Part shown: piece by piece, positions 32,021 to 41,417 of the stretch
Layout of the letters: each line of letters opens with the position of its first letter
How positions within the stretch are numbered: the first letter of the stretch is position 1
NCBI GenBank assembly: GCA_965204575.1
Contig: OZ241993.1
Span: forward strand, 544,001-608,000
Source of the DNA: an uncultured candidatus Porisulfidus sp.
GTDB taxonomy: Bacteria; Pseudomonadota; Gammaproteobacteria; Poriferisulfidales; Poriferisulfidaceae
DNA: 64,000 bases
Direction: 5' to 3'
The notes under the pieces: model-generated
The model's input: only the letters and a program-made list of their open reading frames with translations
Told to the model about the DNA's origin: nothing
Databases searched by the model: none
Made by a program: the position numbers and the translations under genes

Positions 32021-32443
32021 ATGGAAACTGGCACGCACCCTGGTCTCAACGCTGACGAGGCGGCGACTCTGCTGCGCGCACACGGCATCACTCCAACCTC
32101 CCAACGCGTCGCCATCGGCACGGTCCTGTTCGCCTGTCAGCAGCACATGGCGGCATCAGAGTTGTTTCGCCGGGTGCAGGCGAGCGACACCTCGATTTCC
32201 CGCAGCACGGTCTACAACACGCTGGAGCTGTTTGTCGGGAAGGGATTGCTCCAGGAGTTGAATTTCAGTGACCGCTCGCGCATTTACGACACCAATCTGG
32301 CGCCGCATCACCACCTGTACCACGTCGATTCCGGAAAGATCGAAGATCTGGATCTCTCCCGGATCAAGGTGAAGGTGCCGGATGAGGTCTTGGGGGATTC
32401 CAGCCTGGTGGGCGTGGATGTGACCCTGCGGGTCGCTGGCTGA
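32021..32443 (+). CDS. Fur-family regulator, Irr-like (HHH motif, no CxxC)
   Basis: TSQRVAI, STVYNTL, YDTNLAPHHHLY. Confidence 0.88.
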   Translation: METGTHPGLNADEAATLLRAHGITPTSQRVAIGTVLFACQQHMAASELFRRVQASDTSISRSTVYNTLELFVGKGLLQELNFSDRSRIYDTNLAPHHHLYHVDSGKIEDLDLSRIKVKVPDEVLGDSSLVGVDVTLRVAG

Positions 32444-32527
32444 TTTTCCTTTCGCTTGATGCGGCGGACTTGAAGCCCGCAATCCAGAATCTGTCGGCCG
32501 CAGGCCGCTCAAATCCCCAACACGGAC

Positions 32528-33046
32528 ATGTCCCGGAAATACGTTCCCGGCGTCTGGGTCGAGGTGCACGACAAAATGCAGTCGGATTACCGCTACCTGC
32601 TGGAAGCGCGGGTGGGGCGGGACTTCGCGTCGGATTTCAATCCGTGTTTCACTCCCAAGGAAATGCTGGCGCACGGCGTGTTCGAGGGGAAGTACCTGAA
32701 CGATTGCCGTGCAGAATTCCCCGCCAGTTGGTACCGCGGCGCGAAACTGAGCGAGGAACCGGACCCCTCGGTCAACTGTTTCGGCGTCAAGTCCCGGCAA
32801 TCATTGCAGGTGTGGCAGAAAAAGGGATGGATTCGCGGCGACGACCCGCGCGGCTGGTTCCAGTGGTACTGCCGCTATTACCTGGGCCGGCGCGACCCGG
32901 TGGTGGATGCGATCCAGATCCGCAGGTGGAAAGGAATCGCGCGCCACGCGGCGCAGATCCGGAAGAATTGCAATCCGGGCGACCTTGCTTGCCGCCCGCG
33001 CCAGCGGCAGGCGTTGTTGCAATGGGCCTGGCCGCCATTCGAGTGA
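32528..33046 (+). CDS. Conserved hypothetical protein rich in W/Y/R
   Basis: FTPKEML..GVFEG, FGVKSRQ, DPRGWFQWYCRYYLGRR, RQALLQWA look like conserved blocks. Confidence 0.75.
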   Translation: MSRKYVPGVWVEVHDKMQSDYRYLLEARVGRDFASDFNPCFTPKEMLAHGVFEGKYLNDCRAEFPASWYRGAKLSEEPDPSVNCFGVKSRQSLQVWQKKGWIRGDDPRGWFQWYCRYYLGRRDPVVDAIQIRRWKGIARHAAQIRKNCNPGDLACRPRQRQALLQWAWPPFE

Positions 33047-33080
33047 TGGGCGACTCAGTTAAAATGGGTAACGGCGCGGT

Positions 33081-33156
33081 GCCGGTGTAGCTCAGTCGGT
33101 AGAGCAACTGTTTCGTAATCAGTAGGTCGGGGGTTCAATTCCTCTCGCCGGCACCA
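33081..33156 (+). tRNA. tRNA-Thr(CGT)
   Basis: GCCGGTG/CGCCGGC acceptor stem, anticodon loop TTCGTAA, GGTTCAATT, CCA end. Confidence 0.95.
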
Positions 33157-33229
33157 CCCGCGTCACCCCGCCCGGAGGGGTTTTGGAGATAGAGGATAAT
33201 AGCGGCTCCAAAAACCAACGAAAGTACCC

Positions 33230-33826
33230 ATGCTCTTGCCAAGAAAAGGAAAGTCGCAGTTCGTTGCGGCACTGGCCGCGCTGCTGCTTTCAGGAGATCT
33301 GCTGATGGCTGCGAACGACGATGCCCCCCAAGTCCGGATGGAAACCTCGTCCGGAACCCTCGTGATTGAACTGGACGCGAAGAACGCGCCGGAGACGACC
33401 AAGAACTTCCTGATCTACGTCGATGACGGCTTCTACAACGGGACGATCTTCCACCGCGTGATCAAGGGATTCATGATTCAGGGCGGTGGATACGACCGGG
33501 ATTTCAAACAAAGACCGACCCTGCCGCCGATTCAAAACGAGGCGGACAATGGCCTGAAGAACGAGCGGGGCACCATCGCCATGGCCCGCACCGGCGATCC
33601 GCATTCGGCCACTGCGCAGTTTTTCATCAACTCGGTCGACAATGACTTTCTGGATCACCAGGAAAAGAGTCCCCAAGGCTGGGGTTATGCCGTGTTCGGC
33701 AAGGTGGTCGAAGGACTCGAAGTGATCGATGCCATCAGCGGGGTGGCGACCGGCAGGCACGGTCCGCATAGTGACGTCCCCCAGAGCCAGATCCTGATTC
33801 TGAAGGCCGAACGCGTCGAAGACTAA
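33230..33826 (+). CDS. Cyclophilin-type peptidyl-prolyl isomerase with signal peptide (PpiA-like)
   Basis: [32 protein letters not shown]. Confidence 0.95.
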   Translation: MLLPRKGKSQFVAALAALLLSGDLLMAANDDAPQVRMETSSGTLVIELDAKNAPETTKNFLIYVDDGFYNGTIFHRVIKGFMIQGGGYDRDFKQRPTLPPIQNEADNGLKNERGTIAMARTGDPHSATAQFFINSVDNDFLDHQEKSPQGWGYAVFGKVVEGLEVIDAISGVATGRHGPHSDVPQSQILILKAERVED

Positions 33827-33832
33827 TCCGAT

Positions 33833-34843
33833 ATGGACACCTGCGTGGTGGGAGGGGGCATCATCGGTGCGCTCACCGCGCACGCGCTGGCGCAGAAAGG
33901 ATTCGACGTCCGGGTGCTGGATGCCGGCAGGCCTGGCGCCGCTACGCCGGTTTCGGCCGGAATCCTGTTTTCCATTTTCGATCCGACGAGCGATAGCGTT
34001 TGGGCGAACCTCGCGCGTCATGGCCATGCCGCCTATCCGAAATTGTGTGCGGGTATTGAATCGGAAACGGGATTCGAACGGCGCGGGTTGCTCATTGTCG
34101 GCATGGAAGCGAAACAAGCCGAGCAGTGGGCAAGAACCAACAAACTGGATTGTGAAATCTTGTCTCCTGGCGAGTGCCACAGGCGATTTCCGCAGTTGGC
34201 AGTCCCCGAACACGATGTCGCCCTGATGCCGGAGGTGGCCCAGATCGATCCGCCTCGGTTCATGGAAGCGTTCCGCTCCAGGCTTCAGGATGACGGAGTA
34301 TGTTGGGAATCTGCCCGGGTTTCCGGGATCTTGCAGGACGGAGATCGGGTCCGGGGCGTGAGCAATGGCGAGCAGGAATGGCAGGCTGAGCAAGTGGTGA
34401 TTGCGGCAGGCGCCTGGAGCACGGAACTCCAACAGGCCACAGGATCAGAACCGCTGATTCGCCCGCGCCGAGGACAGATCATCGCCTGGCGGTCGGTCGA
34501 TGCGGGGAACCTGCCGGTCATTTTGGATGGCCACCGGTATCTGGTAGTGCGGGAGAGCGGCGAGGTGCTGGCAGGGGCGACCAACGAGGATGTAGGATTT
34601 GATGCGGGTGTTACCGCGCAGGCAAAGGCAGAACTGACGGACTTTGCTCGGCGCTGGTGTCCGGACTTGCTGGCGGCGGAGCCGGACACGCAAAGGGCAG
34701 GCCTGCGCCCGGAAGGAAAAGCTTCTGGGCCGAGGATCGGCGCACATGGCAAGATTCAGGGGCTGTTTTTCAATACCGGGCACTACCGGCACGGGATTGT
34801 TTGCGCGCCAGGCGCTGCGGCGCAACTCGCCGAGAACTTCTGA
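33833..34843 (+). CDS. FAD-dependent oxidoreductase, glycine oxidase (ThiO)/DAO family
   Basis: VVGGGIIG Rossmann motif, AAGAWS, PRRGQI, GLRP, GHYRHGI. Confidence 0.85.
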   Translation: MDTCVVGGGIIGALTAHALAQKGFDVRVLDAGRPGAATPVSAGILFSIFDPTSDSVWANLARHGHAAYPKLCAGIESETGFERRGLLIVGMEAKQAEQWARTNKLDCEILSPGECHRRFPQLAVPEHDVALMPEVAQIDPPRFMEAFRSRLQDDGVCWESARVSGILQDGDRVRGVSNGEQEWQAEQVVIAAGAWSTELQQATGSEPLIRPRRGQIIAWRSVDAGNLPVILDGHRYLVVRESGEVLAGATNEDVGFDAGVTAQAKAELTDFARRWCPDLLAAEPDTQRAGLRPEGKASGPRIGAHGKIQGLFFNTGHYRHGIVCAPGAAAQLAENF

Positions 34844-34947
34844 TCACAAAGCTCGCGGCTTCCGTTGAACGCAAATCCCCTATAATTCGTATTTCATTTT
34901 TCCGATTCCCCGATTTTCCCCTGCCACAGGCTTACAGGAGAAACCCG

Positions 34948-35580
34948 ATGGCTTTGTCACAAGAAGAACTCGACGCAATCATGGAGCGGAAGGGCAAGAT
35001 GCGCCGCGAGGCGTACGATCGTCGTGCCGCCCAGGAAAACAAGGACGAAATCAGTGCCCAGGCGGTCGCGCGCCTGATGGCCCTGCAGGAGTACCAGGAC
35101 GCGAATACCGTCATGTGGTACATCGACTGCCGTTCCGAAACCCGAACCAAGCCCGAACTGCTCGAAGAAGTGGCCAAGGGCGAGAAGAAGATCGTCGTGC
35201 CGTACTGCACGGTAGACGAAAAAGGCGACAACAAGCTCGGCCTTTGGCACATGGAAAGCCTGGAGGAGATGGTGGTCGGCAAGTGGAACATCCTCGAGCC
35301 GCCCAAGGAGATGTGGGGCAACCCGGACAAGGAGCCGCCGGCGGAAGAACTGGACATGGTGATGGTTCCCGGTGTCGGGTTCGACCGCACCGGGGGGCGC
35401 ATGGGCAACGGCCAGGGGTACTACGACCGCCTGCTTGAGCGGGTCCGCCCGGATTGCTCGCTGGTGGCGCTGTGCTACGAGTCGCAGCTATTCGACGAGA
35501 TTCTGGTCGCCCCGCACGACGTGTACATGGATTACGTGGTGACCGAAGACGCGGTGTACAAGGGCCGCGGGCGGGACTGA
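34948..35580 (+). CDS. 5-formyltetrahydrofolate cyclo-ligase (YgfA/MTHFS family)
   Basis: VPGVGFDRTGGRMGNGQGYYDR and PHDVYMD; SD AGGAG. Confidence 0.93.
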   Translation: MALSQEELDAIMERKGKMRREAYDRRAAQENKDEISAQAVARLMALQEYQDANTVMWYIDCRSETRTKPELLEEVAKGEKKIVVPYCTVDEKGDNKLGLWHMESLEEMVVGKWNILEPPKEMWGNPDKEPPAEELDMVMVPGVGFDRTGGRMGNGQGYYDRLLERVRPDCSLVALCYESQLFDEILVAPHDVYMDYVVTEDAVYKGRGRD

Positions 35581-35583
35581 GCC

Positions 35584-36510
35584 ATGCCGGCCCAGATAGA
35601 CGACACTTACGCGGAGGCGTTCCGCAGCCTTTACACTGAGTTCCTGATCACGGCCCGGGACCAAACCTGGGTCAAGCACGCGGTGGATGCCGCGGTCGGG
35701 AATGCCGCCAGCACCATCCTGTGTGACTGCGAGGCCGGCCTGGATCGTTTCGTCGGACCGGGCGGGGACGAATCCTTCGAGACCCCGGACGGTCGTCCGG
35801 GCGCCATCGTGCAACTGCATGTCCCGCGTTTCTGGAAGGATCGGGTGGAGAAGCTGGAGCGGGCCGCGCTGGTCCGGATCAGCCAGAACGTGCTGACCTG
35901 TCCGACGGCGTCCTGCTTCAACCTCCTGGACACCGAGGAGTACTACCAGATGGGACGGAAGGTGGCCTATTTCGGCAATGGCAAGCAACGCCGCATCGAG
36001 CGCTTCGGCCGAAAGATGTGGTGGGTGCCGATCCTGGGCGGCGAGTTCGTGCTGGACCGCCGGCTGGGCTATGCCGACGGCTTGATGGGCGGCAACCTGT
36101 GGTTCTTCGGCAGCGATGCCGATTCCGCGCTTGAGGCCGCCATGAAGGGGGCCGAAGAGATCGCGAAGAGTCCGGGGGTGGTGATGTGCTTTCCGGGCGG
36201 GATCGCGGGATCCGGCTCCAAGCCCGGCAGCAACTACGAATTCTCGATTGCCAGCACCTACGAGAAATACTGCCCCCTGCTGCAGGACGACCCGGAAGTC
36301 GAACAGGGCCTCCCCGAAGGCGTCAACTCGGTCATGGAGATCATCATCAACGGACGCAACCTGGAGACTATCATCCAGGCCACTCACGCGGCCATCGAGG
36401 CCTCCAAGGACACCGAGGGCCTGATCATGATCTCGGCCGGCAACTATGGCGGCCGTCTCGGCAAGAACCTGATCTATCTCGATCCGGACAAGCAGCCTCC
36501 CGTTGAGTGA
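35584..36510 (+). CDS. ftr: Formylmethanofuran:H4MPT formyltransferase family (Ftr/FhcD-like)
   Basis: IDDTYAEAF, CEAG, TPDGRPG, QNVLTCPT, GSGSK, ISAGNYGGRLG. Confidence 0.92.
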   Translation: MPAQIDDTYAEAFRSLYTEFLITARDQTWVKHAVDAAVGNAASTILCDCEAGLDRFVGPGGDESFETPDGRPGAIVQLHVPRFWKDRVEKLERAALVRISQNVLTCPTASCFNLLDTEEYYQMGRKVAYFGNGKQRRIERFGRKMWWVPILGGEFVLDRRLGYADGLMGGNLWFFGSDADSALEAAMKGAEEIAKSPGVVMCFPGGIAGSGSKPGSNYEFSIASTYEKYCPLLQDDPEVEQGLPEGVNSVMEIIINGRNLETIIQATHAAIEASKDTEGLIMISAGNYGGRLGKNLIYLDPDKQPPVE

Positions 36511-37366
36511 GCCCGGCCAGCTGATCGATGGCAATGCGTTGGCGCGCGAAATCCGCGCGCGATTGGCCGAACACCTGGACTCCGCTGCACCGGTAACCCT
36601 GGCGACCGTGCTGGTCGGCGAGGATCCGGCCAGCCAGCTGTACATCTCCCGCAAGATCAAGGAAGCCGGCGAAGTCGGCATTATTTCCCGGCACCAGACG
36701 CTGCCGGCGGACATCGCGCAGGACGACCTCGTCGAGGCGATCCGTATCCTGGCGCACGATGCTTCCGTGCACGGAATCCTGGTGCAGATGCCACTGCCGT
36801 CGGTGCTGGATGCCGCCGAGGTGCTGGCCGCCATCCCTCCGGAGAAAGACGTGGACGGCCTGACGGAAACCAACCTGGGCCGGCTCGCGGCCGGGCTTCC
36901 CGGGCTTCGCCCGTGCACGCCGTTCGGCGTGATGGAACTGCTTCGGCACTACCGGATCACGACTTCCGGGGCAAGCGCGCTGGTGATCGGGCGCTCCCGG
37001 CTGGTGGGCATCCCGATGGCCCTGATGTTGGCCGAGAAGGGGGTGGATGCGACCGTAAGCGTGGCGCACTCGCGAACCCGGGACCTGCAGCAGCTCGCCC
37101 GCGAGTCGGACATCCTGGTGGCGGCGACCGGCAGTCCCGGGATGGTCACGGCGGATTTCGTCAAGCCGGGCGCGGCGGTGTTCGACGTCGGGGTCAGCCG
37201 CGTGGACGGCAAGATTCAGGGTGACGTGTGTTTCGAGGAAGTGCGGGAGGTCGCGGGGTTCGTGACGCCGATGCCCGGCGGTACCGGGCCGATGACGGTG
37301 GCCTGCCTGTTGCTCAACACGGTGCGGGCGGCGGCGATGCAGGGCGTGGTTGCGCCTCTGCCGTAG
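36503..37366 (+). CDS. folD: Bifunctional methylene-THF dehydrogenase / methenyl-THF cyclohydrolase
   Basis: GILVQMPLP, KDVDG, PCTP, GRSRLVG, PGGTGPMT. Confidence 0.95.
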   Translation: MSEPGQLIDGNALAREIRARLAEHLDSAAPVTLATVLVGEDPASQLYISRKIKEAGEVGIISRHQTLPADIAQDDLVEAIRILAHDASVHGILVQMPLPSVLDAAEVLAAIPPEKDVDGLTETNLGRLAAGLPGLRPCTPFGVMELLRHYRITTSGASALVIGRSRLVGIPMALMLAEKGVDATVSVAHSRTRDLQQLARESDILVAATGSPGMVTADFVKPGAAVFDVGVSRVDGKIQGDVCFEEVREVAGFVTPMPGGTGPMTVACLLLNTVRAAAMQGVVAPLP

Positions 37367-37414
37367 CCGCATCTATGGTGTGGGCATCTAAAAATCCGGA
37401 TTCGATGTTCCGGG

Positions 37415-37648
37415 TCATAGGAGCGGATTACCCTTGGCCTTGTGAAAGCCTTCGGCGAAGCCCTCCTTCCATTCCTCGAACAGGACTCTGGCCCGGTTCT
37501 CGGCCCTCAGGTAGAGTTCCTCCGTGAGGTCTTCATCCGCCTGAGAGTAACCCGCGCTGTATGCTTCCTCCAGGAGTTCCATCGATTTGGCGGGTTCCTG
37601 CTCCAGCGTTTCTGCGAGACGGTCCAGAAGGCGAGATTTGTAGCCCAT
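37415..37648 (-). CDS. Small acidic hypothetical protein
   Basis: 77-aa helical-looking ORF co-oriented downstream of the PIN gene. Confidence 0.5.
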   Translation of the reverse strand: MGYKSRLLDRLAETLEQEPAKSMELLEEAYSAGYSQADEDLTEELYLRAENRARVLFEEWKEGFAEGFHKAKGNPLL

Positions 37649-37687
37649 GGTTGTTTTCCGGTAATGAACCTAAAAGATTGCGCCGAT

Positions 37688-38107
37688 TCAACCTGCATCC
37701 CAGGGATTGATGATCTCGACCCCCAGGGCTTCAAAATCCCTCGCGTCCCGGGTGACCAGCGCAAAGTCGTTCGCTACGGCCGTCCCTGCGATCAGGGCGT
37801 CGCTTACTGCGAGTGGATGACCTGAGCGTTTCGCTTTGGCCCGGAGAAGAGCCGCCGCCTCCATCTCTTCTTCCCCGATTGGCAGTATGCGGCCCTTGAA
37901 CAGGTCCATGAGGAAACTGATCTGGATTTTCAGGGTATCTTGGCGGTGCCCTTGCGGGAGAAGATGAACGCCATATTCCAACTCGCCGCACACGACGACG
38001 GATGTCCAGAATTTTTTCCGATCGGCCAGAAAGGCGACAACCGAAGCGGCCGGGTCGTGTTTCGTGAATTCGGAAAACACGTTGGTGTCGAGAAGGAAAC
38101 CAGACAC
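37688..38107 (-). CDS. vapC: PIN-domain VapC toxin
   Basis: LLDTNVFSE, DALIAGTA, LVTRDARDF. Confidence 0.92.
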   Translation of the reverse strand: MSGFLLDTNVFSEFTKHDPAASVVAFLADRKKFWTSVVVCGELEYGVHLLPQGHRQDTLKIQISFLMDLFKGRILPIGEEEMEAAALLRAKAKRSGHPLAVSDALIAGTAVANDFALVTRDARDFEALGVEIINPWDAG

Positions 38108-38108
38108 G

Positions 38109-38426
38109 TCACTCCGTCGCGTAATCAATGAATGGAATGGGGCGCTCCCTCTCCTCTTTCCTTGAAGGAATTTCCAGGCCGTCCTTGGGCAGGTCTTCCG
38201 GATTGGGCCTGAACTTCATGATCATCTCGCCAAGCGACATGCCTGAAGTCTCTGTGGCTTTCCAGGCTTCCCGCGGCATGATGACGAAGGTCTTTTTCAC
38301 CCCGACCTGCTGCGGTCCTTCTTCTTCGGCCAGCCGCAGGATCTCGGACAGGCGGGCCTTGGCCTCGGCGATTGGCCAGACTTTCTCGGACAGTTCAGCG
38401 GCAGGATTTTTCATGGTTCTCTCCAT
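38109..38426 (-). CDS. Phd/YefM-type antitoxin
   Basis: WPIAEAKARLSEILRLAEEEGPQ, directly upstream of the PIN toxin. Confidence 0.85.
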   Translation of the reverse strand: MERTMKNPAAELSEKVWPIAEAKARLSEILRLAEEEGPQQVGVKKTFVIMPREAWKATETSGMSLGEMIMKFRPNPEDLPKDGLEIPSRKEERERPIPFIDYATE

Positions 38427-38431
38427 AAAAA

Positions 38432-38449
38432 CTAGTCTAATCTAGTCTA
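38432..38449. promoter_or_regulatory. CTAGTCTA direct repeat, putative antitoxin operator
   Basis: CTAGTCTA-AT-CTAGTCTA immediately upstream of the antitoxin ATG. Confidence 0.55.
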
Positions 38450-38525
38450 TCATATTTTCCTCGATGTATGGCTTCATTCAGTCGGAATTGCACGATGCCG
38501 GGTGCTATACTGAAAAAACAGCTTC

Positions 38526-38600
38526 GCTCCCTTCGTCTAGCGGTCAGGACATCGCCCTCTCAAGGCGGGAACAGGGGTTCGATTCCCCTAGGGAGCGCCA
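38526..38600 (+). tRNA. tRNA-Glu(CTC)
   Basis: GCTCCCT/AGGGAGC acceptor stem, TCGCC-CTCTCAA-GGCGG anticodon arm, GGTTCGATT, CCA. Confidence 0.95.
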
Positions 38601-38813
38601 TCGCCTGTTTTTCCCGCCCCAAGGTGCCGGGATCTTCTTCCCGAAATTTCAGCCACTGGGTTTTTCATCGGCAAAGGCATTGATGCCGGGGTCGGGCCTG
38701 AGCGAGGCCCAGATGCATAGAGCGTACAGGTCGAGGAATGGTGTTAGAATTTCGGCCAGTTCCTGATGGGAGGTGCAGAATCGTGAATGGTCGTTCCATC
38801 TCTGGGCGGTTCC

Positions 38814-38849
38814 TGCCGCAATATTGCGGCATTAATACCCCCCCCCCCC
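38814..38849. repeat. 18-bp perfect palindrome followed by a C12 homopolymer
   Basis: TGCCGCAATATTGCGGCA (38814-38831); C x12 (38838-38849). Confidence 0.8.
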
Positions 38850-38871
38850 TCTTTCTGAAGGCTCGCACTCG

Positions 38872-41316
38872 ATGTGTGCTGAAGAAACAACGTTTGGCCT
38901 AGCGTCCAGATTTTTCAGATTCTTTCAGGCCGCCGCCATGCTTCTGGCTGCCGCCATTCTTGTCTCGGCCTGTGGAGGCGGAGGCGGGGGCGGTGTTGGA
39001 GGCGGCACCGAAGACACTCGCATGCCTCCTCCCGAGGATCCTCCCCCTGCAGACAATATGGCCGGGGCTCCCACTGATGAGCCCCCTCCTGATGACCCCT
39101 CTCAACAACCTGCGCAACCCGGTTTCCAAGCCCGGGCGCAGGCGATTGCCAGCCAGTACCACAGCAACAGAGAGTTCTCCAACCAGTGGGGTTTGGGCCG
39201 GACCCGGGCCGACCGGGCGTACGCGCATCTGGAACTCGCGCTCGGTTCCGGCTTCAGCGCGGGGAAGGGAGTGACCATCGGGGTCGTCGACACGGGCATT
39301 GACCTCAGCCATCCGTCCTTTGTCACCAACGCCAGTGATCCGGACAAGGACAGGACAATTACCCGACAACTCCTGCCCGGTGCGTCAATTGAAGACGGAA
39401 GCAAGTCTTCGCATGGCACGGCGGTTGCAGGCGTCGCTGCCGGAGGCCGGAATACCGGTTTTTCTCAAGCGGCTCATGGGGTTGCCTGGAACGCCAACCT
39501 TGCAGTCTTCGCCGTTTCGCTGGGGTCTGGAGACGGCACTTACCGTCCCGTGGACTTGTCCGGCTTCGCGCAGCAGCAGGAGGACGACCTGAACCGGTGG
39601 TTCAGCACACCTCTTTCCTGGCGTGGGTCGGGCGGGGAACGCATTGACATCCTGAATTTGAGTTTGGGCATCACTGGGATCATCGAGAGCTACAGCGAGT
39701 CAGCCCTCCGCACCGCTCTTGGCGATGTTATTCAAACCATGGCCCAGGCAGGGGCGTCGGAGAAGACCATCCTGGTTTGGGCGGCCGGCAATAGCCATGG
39801 CGATACGTGTTTGCCCGGTTCGACTGCTGCCGAATGCAGGCAGGGGACAGTCAGTGCGACTTCCCCTTCGATCCTTCCGGGGCTGCCGGCGAAGATCAGC
39901 GAATTGCGGGGCCATGTCGTCGCCGTCGTGTCGGTTGGCGAGAGTGGGGCGATCTCGGGTTTCTCGAACCGCTGCGGAATTGCGGCCGACTGGTGCCTTG
40001 CCGCCCCCGGGGATAACATATTGACCTCCTACTTTGGTCCCAGAAGCGATAACGATCCCACGGTGATACGGGGTTATGGCAGATTCAGAGGCACATCTTT
40101 CGCCGCACCGATGGTGTCGGGCGGACTCGCGTTGATGAAGCAGCTCTTCCGCGGGCAATTGTCGAACACGGCCCTGCTTTCCCGGCTTTTCGCGACGGCC
40201 GACAAGAGCGGCAGGTACGCCAACCGGAGCATTTATGGCCAAGGCCTGATGGACCTTGGCGCCGCAACGACCCCCCGTGGGCAAACCACCGTGGCGATTG
40301 GCAATAGAGTCGGAGGCCCCGGCGGGAATCTGCAAACGTCCAACATCGTGCTCGGCCGCGCGTTTGGCGACGGGCTGACGCAATCTTTCGCGGGCAGGGA
40401 GATCGCGGCATTCGATTCACTGGGGGCGCCGTTCTGGTTTGATCTTGGCAACTTCGCGACTCCCGTGCGTACCCCCTCGTTGGCGAGACGACTCAAGAAC
40501 TTTATGGCGCGGACGCCGGAAGCGCCAGGAACCGAGGCTCGACGGACTTCTTTTTTCGCGGGGACAGGAAAAGCGAGACCTGGCCGCTGGCGGCTTGGCT
40601 TGCTGGAGACTCCGGCAGGGGTTCGGGGAGGGCACCTCGGGCTTGCCGGACATGCGAATACTTTCACCTACGAAGGGTGGAAAGATCTGACGGCCACGGC
40701 GTTTTCGACGGAAGGCTTTCGGCAGGCTCCGACATCGGGGGCGGTTCTGTCCTGGCGACCACCCGAAGCCTGGGCCAGCCTGCGTGCCGGCTGGATGATG
40801 GAACGGAAAAGCTTGCTTGGAAGTACGGCAAAAGGGGCTTTCGGCAGCCTGTCTTCCGATTCCGCGTTCATCGGATTCAATGCGGACACTTGGGTTGACG
40901 GGTGGCACCTTGGCGCGAACGCTGAGGTGGGGCTCGCCACCGTAAAACCGCGCAACGGGTTAATTGCGGACGTCTCCCCCGTTGCCACGGGCGCGTTCGC
41001 GGTTCGCGCGACCCGGCCGTTCTCCGGCGATAGGCTGTTGCAGTTTTCCGTGTCGCAGCCGTTGCGGGTCGAGCAGGGCCGCGCCACGCTGTCCGTACCT
41101 GTTGGCCGCACCAAGGATGGCGATGTCTTGCGCCGGTCGGTCGCGGCGGACATTACCCCGACAGGCCGGCAGATCGATGTCACGGCGCACTGGCACCAGC
41201 CGTTGACTACGATGGGTGAATTGCGCTTGGGCGCGGCTTGGACCCGCGATCCGGGACACAGCGCGACGGAAAGTTCGGACCTGTCCTTCATGGTGGGTTG
41301 GCGTTCTCCTTTCTAA
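38872..41316 (+). CDS. S8 (subtilisin-like) serine peptidase with lipoprotein signal and probable C-terminal beta-barrel (autotransporter-like)
   Basis: LVSACGGGG lipobox; triad VVDTG, SHGTAVAG and GTSFAAP; AAGN; ends in F. Confidence 0.88.
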   Translation: MCAEETTFGLASRFFRFFQAAAMLLAAAILVSACGGGGGGGVGGGTEDTRMPPPEDPPPADNMAGAPTDEPPPDDPSQQPAQPGFQARAQAIASQYHSNREFSNQWGLGRTRADRAYAHLELALGSGFSAGKGVTIGVVDTGIDLSHPSFVTNASDPDKDRTITRQLLPGASIEDGSKSSHGTAVAGVAAGGRNTGFSQAAHGVAWNANLAVFAVSLGSGDGTYRPVDLSGFAQQQEDDLNRWFSTPLSWRGSGGERIDILNLSLGITGIIESYSESALRTALGDVIQTMAQAGASEKTILVWAAGNSHGDTCLPGSTAAECRQGTVSATSPSILPGLPAKISELRGHVVAVVSVGESGAISGFSNRCGIAADWCLAAPGDNILTSYFGPRSDNDPTVIRGYGRFRGTSFAAPMVSGGLALMKQLFRGQLSNTALLSRLFATADKSGRYANRSIYGQGLMDLGAATTPRGQTTVAIGNRVGGPGGNLQTSNIVLGRAFGDGLTQSFAGREIAAFDSLGAPFWFDLGNFATPVRTPSLARRLKNFMARTPEAPGTEARRTSFFAGTGKARPGRWRLGLLETPAGVRGGHLGLAGHANTFTYEGWKDLTATAFSTEGFRQAPTSGAVLSWRPPEAWASLRAGWMMERKSLLGSTAKGAFGSLSSDSAFIGFNADTWVDGWHLGANAEVGLATVKPRNGLIADVSPVATGAFAVRATRPFSGDRLLQFSVSQPLRVEQGRATLSVPVGRTKDGDVLRRSVAADITPTGRQIDVTAHWHQPLTTMGELRLGAAWTRDPGHSATESSDLSFMVGWRSPF

Positions 41317-41417
41317 TCGCCGAAGCACTCCAGAAATAATCGACAGGCCCCGTGACGGAGGCCTCGTGCAGCGGGGTTCGAATTTGGGGATTACATAGAT
41401 AACTTGACAAACACAAG

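Noticed and set aside
34844-34947. 6S RNA, which often precedes ygfA
   Set aside because: Only about 100 bp is available, with no long rod-like self-complementarity; it looks like a plain promoter region (TATAAT at 34881).
41371-41390. GGGGTTCGA as an attR copy of the tRNA-Glu 3' end
   Set aside because: Only 9 bp match, the tRNA terminus is not duplicated and there is no integrase.
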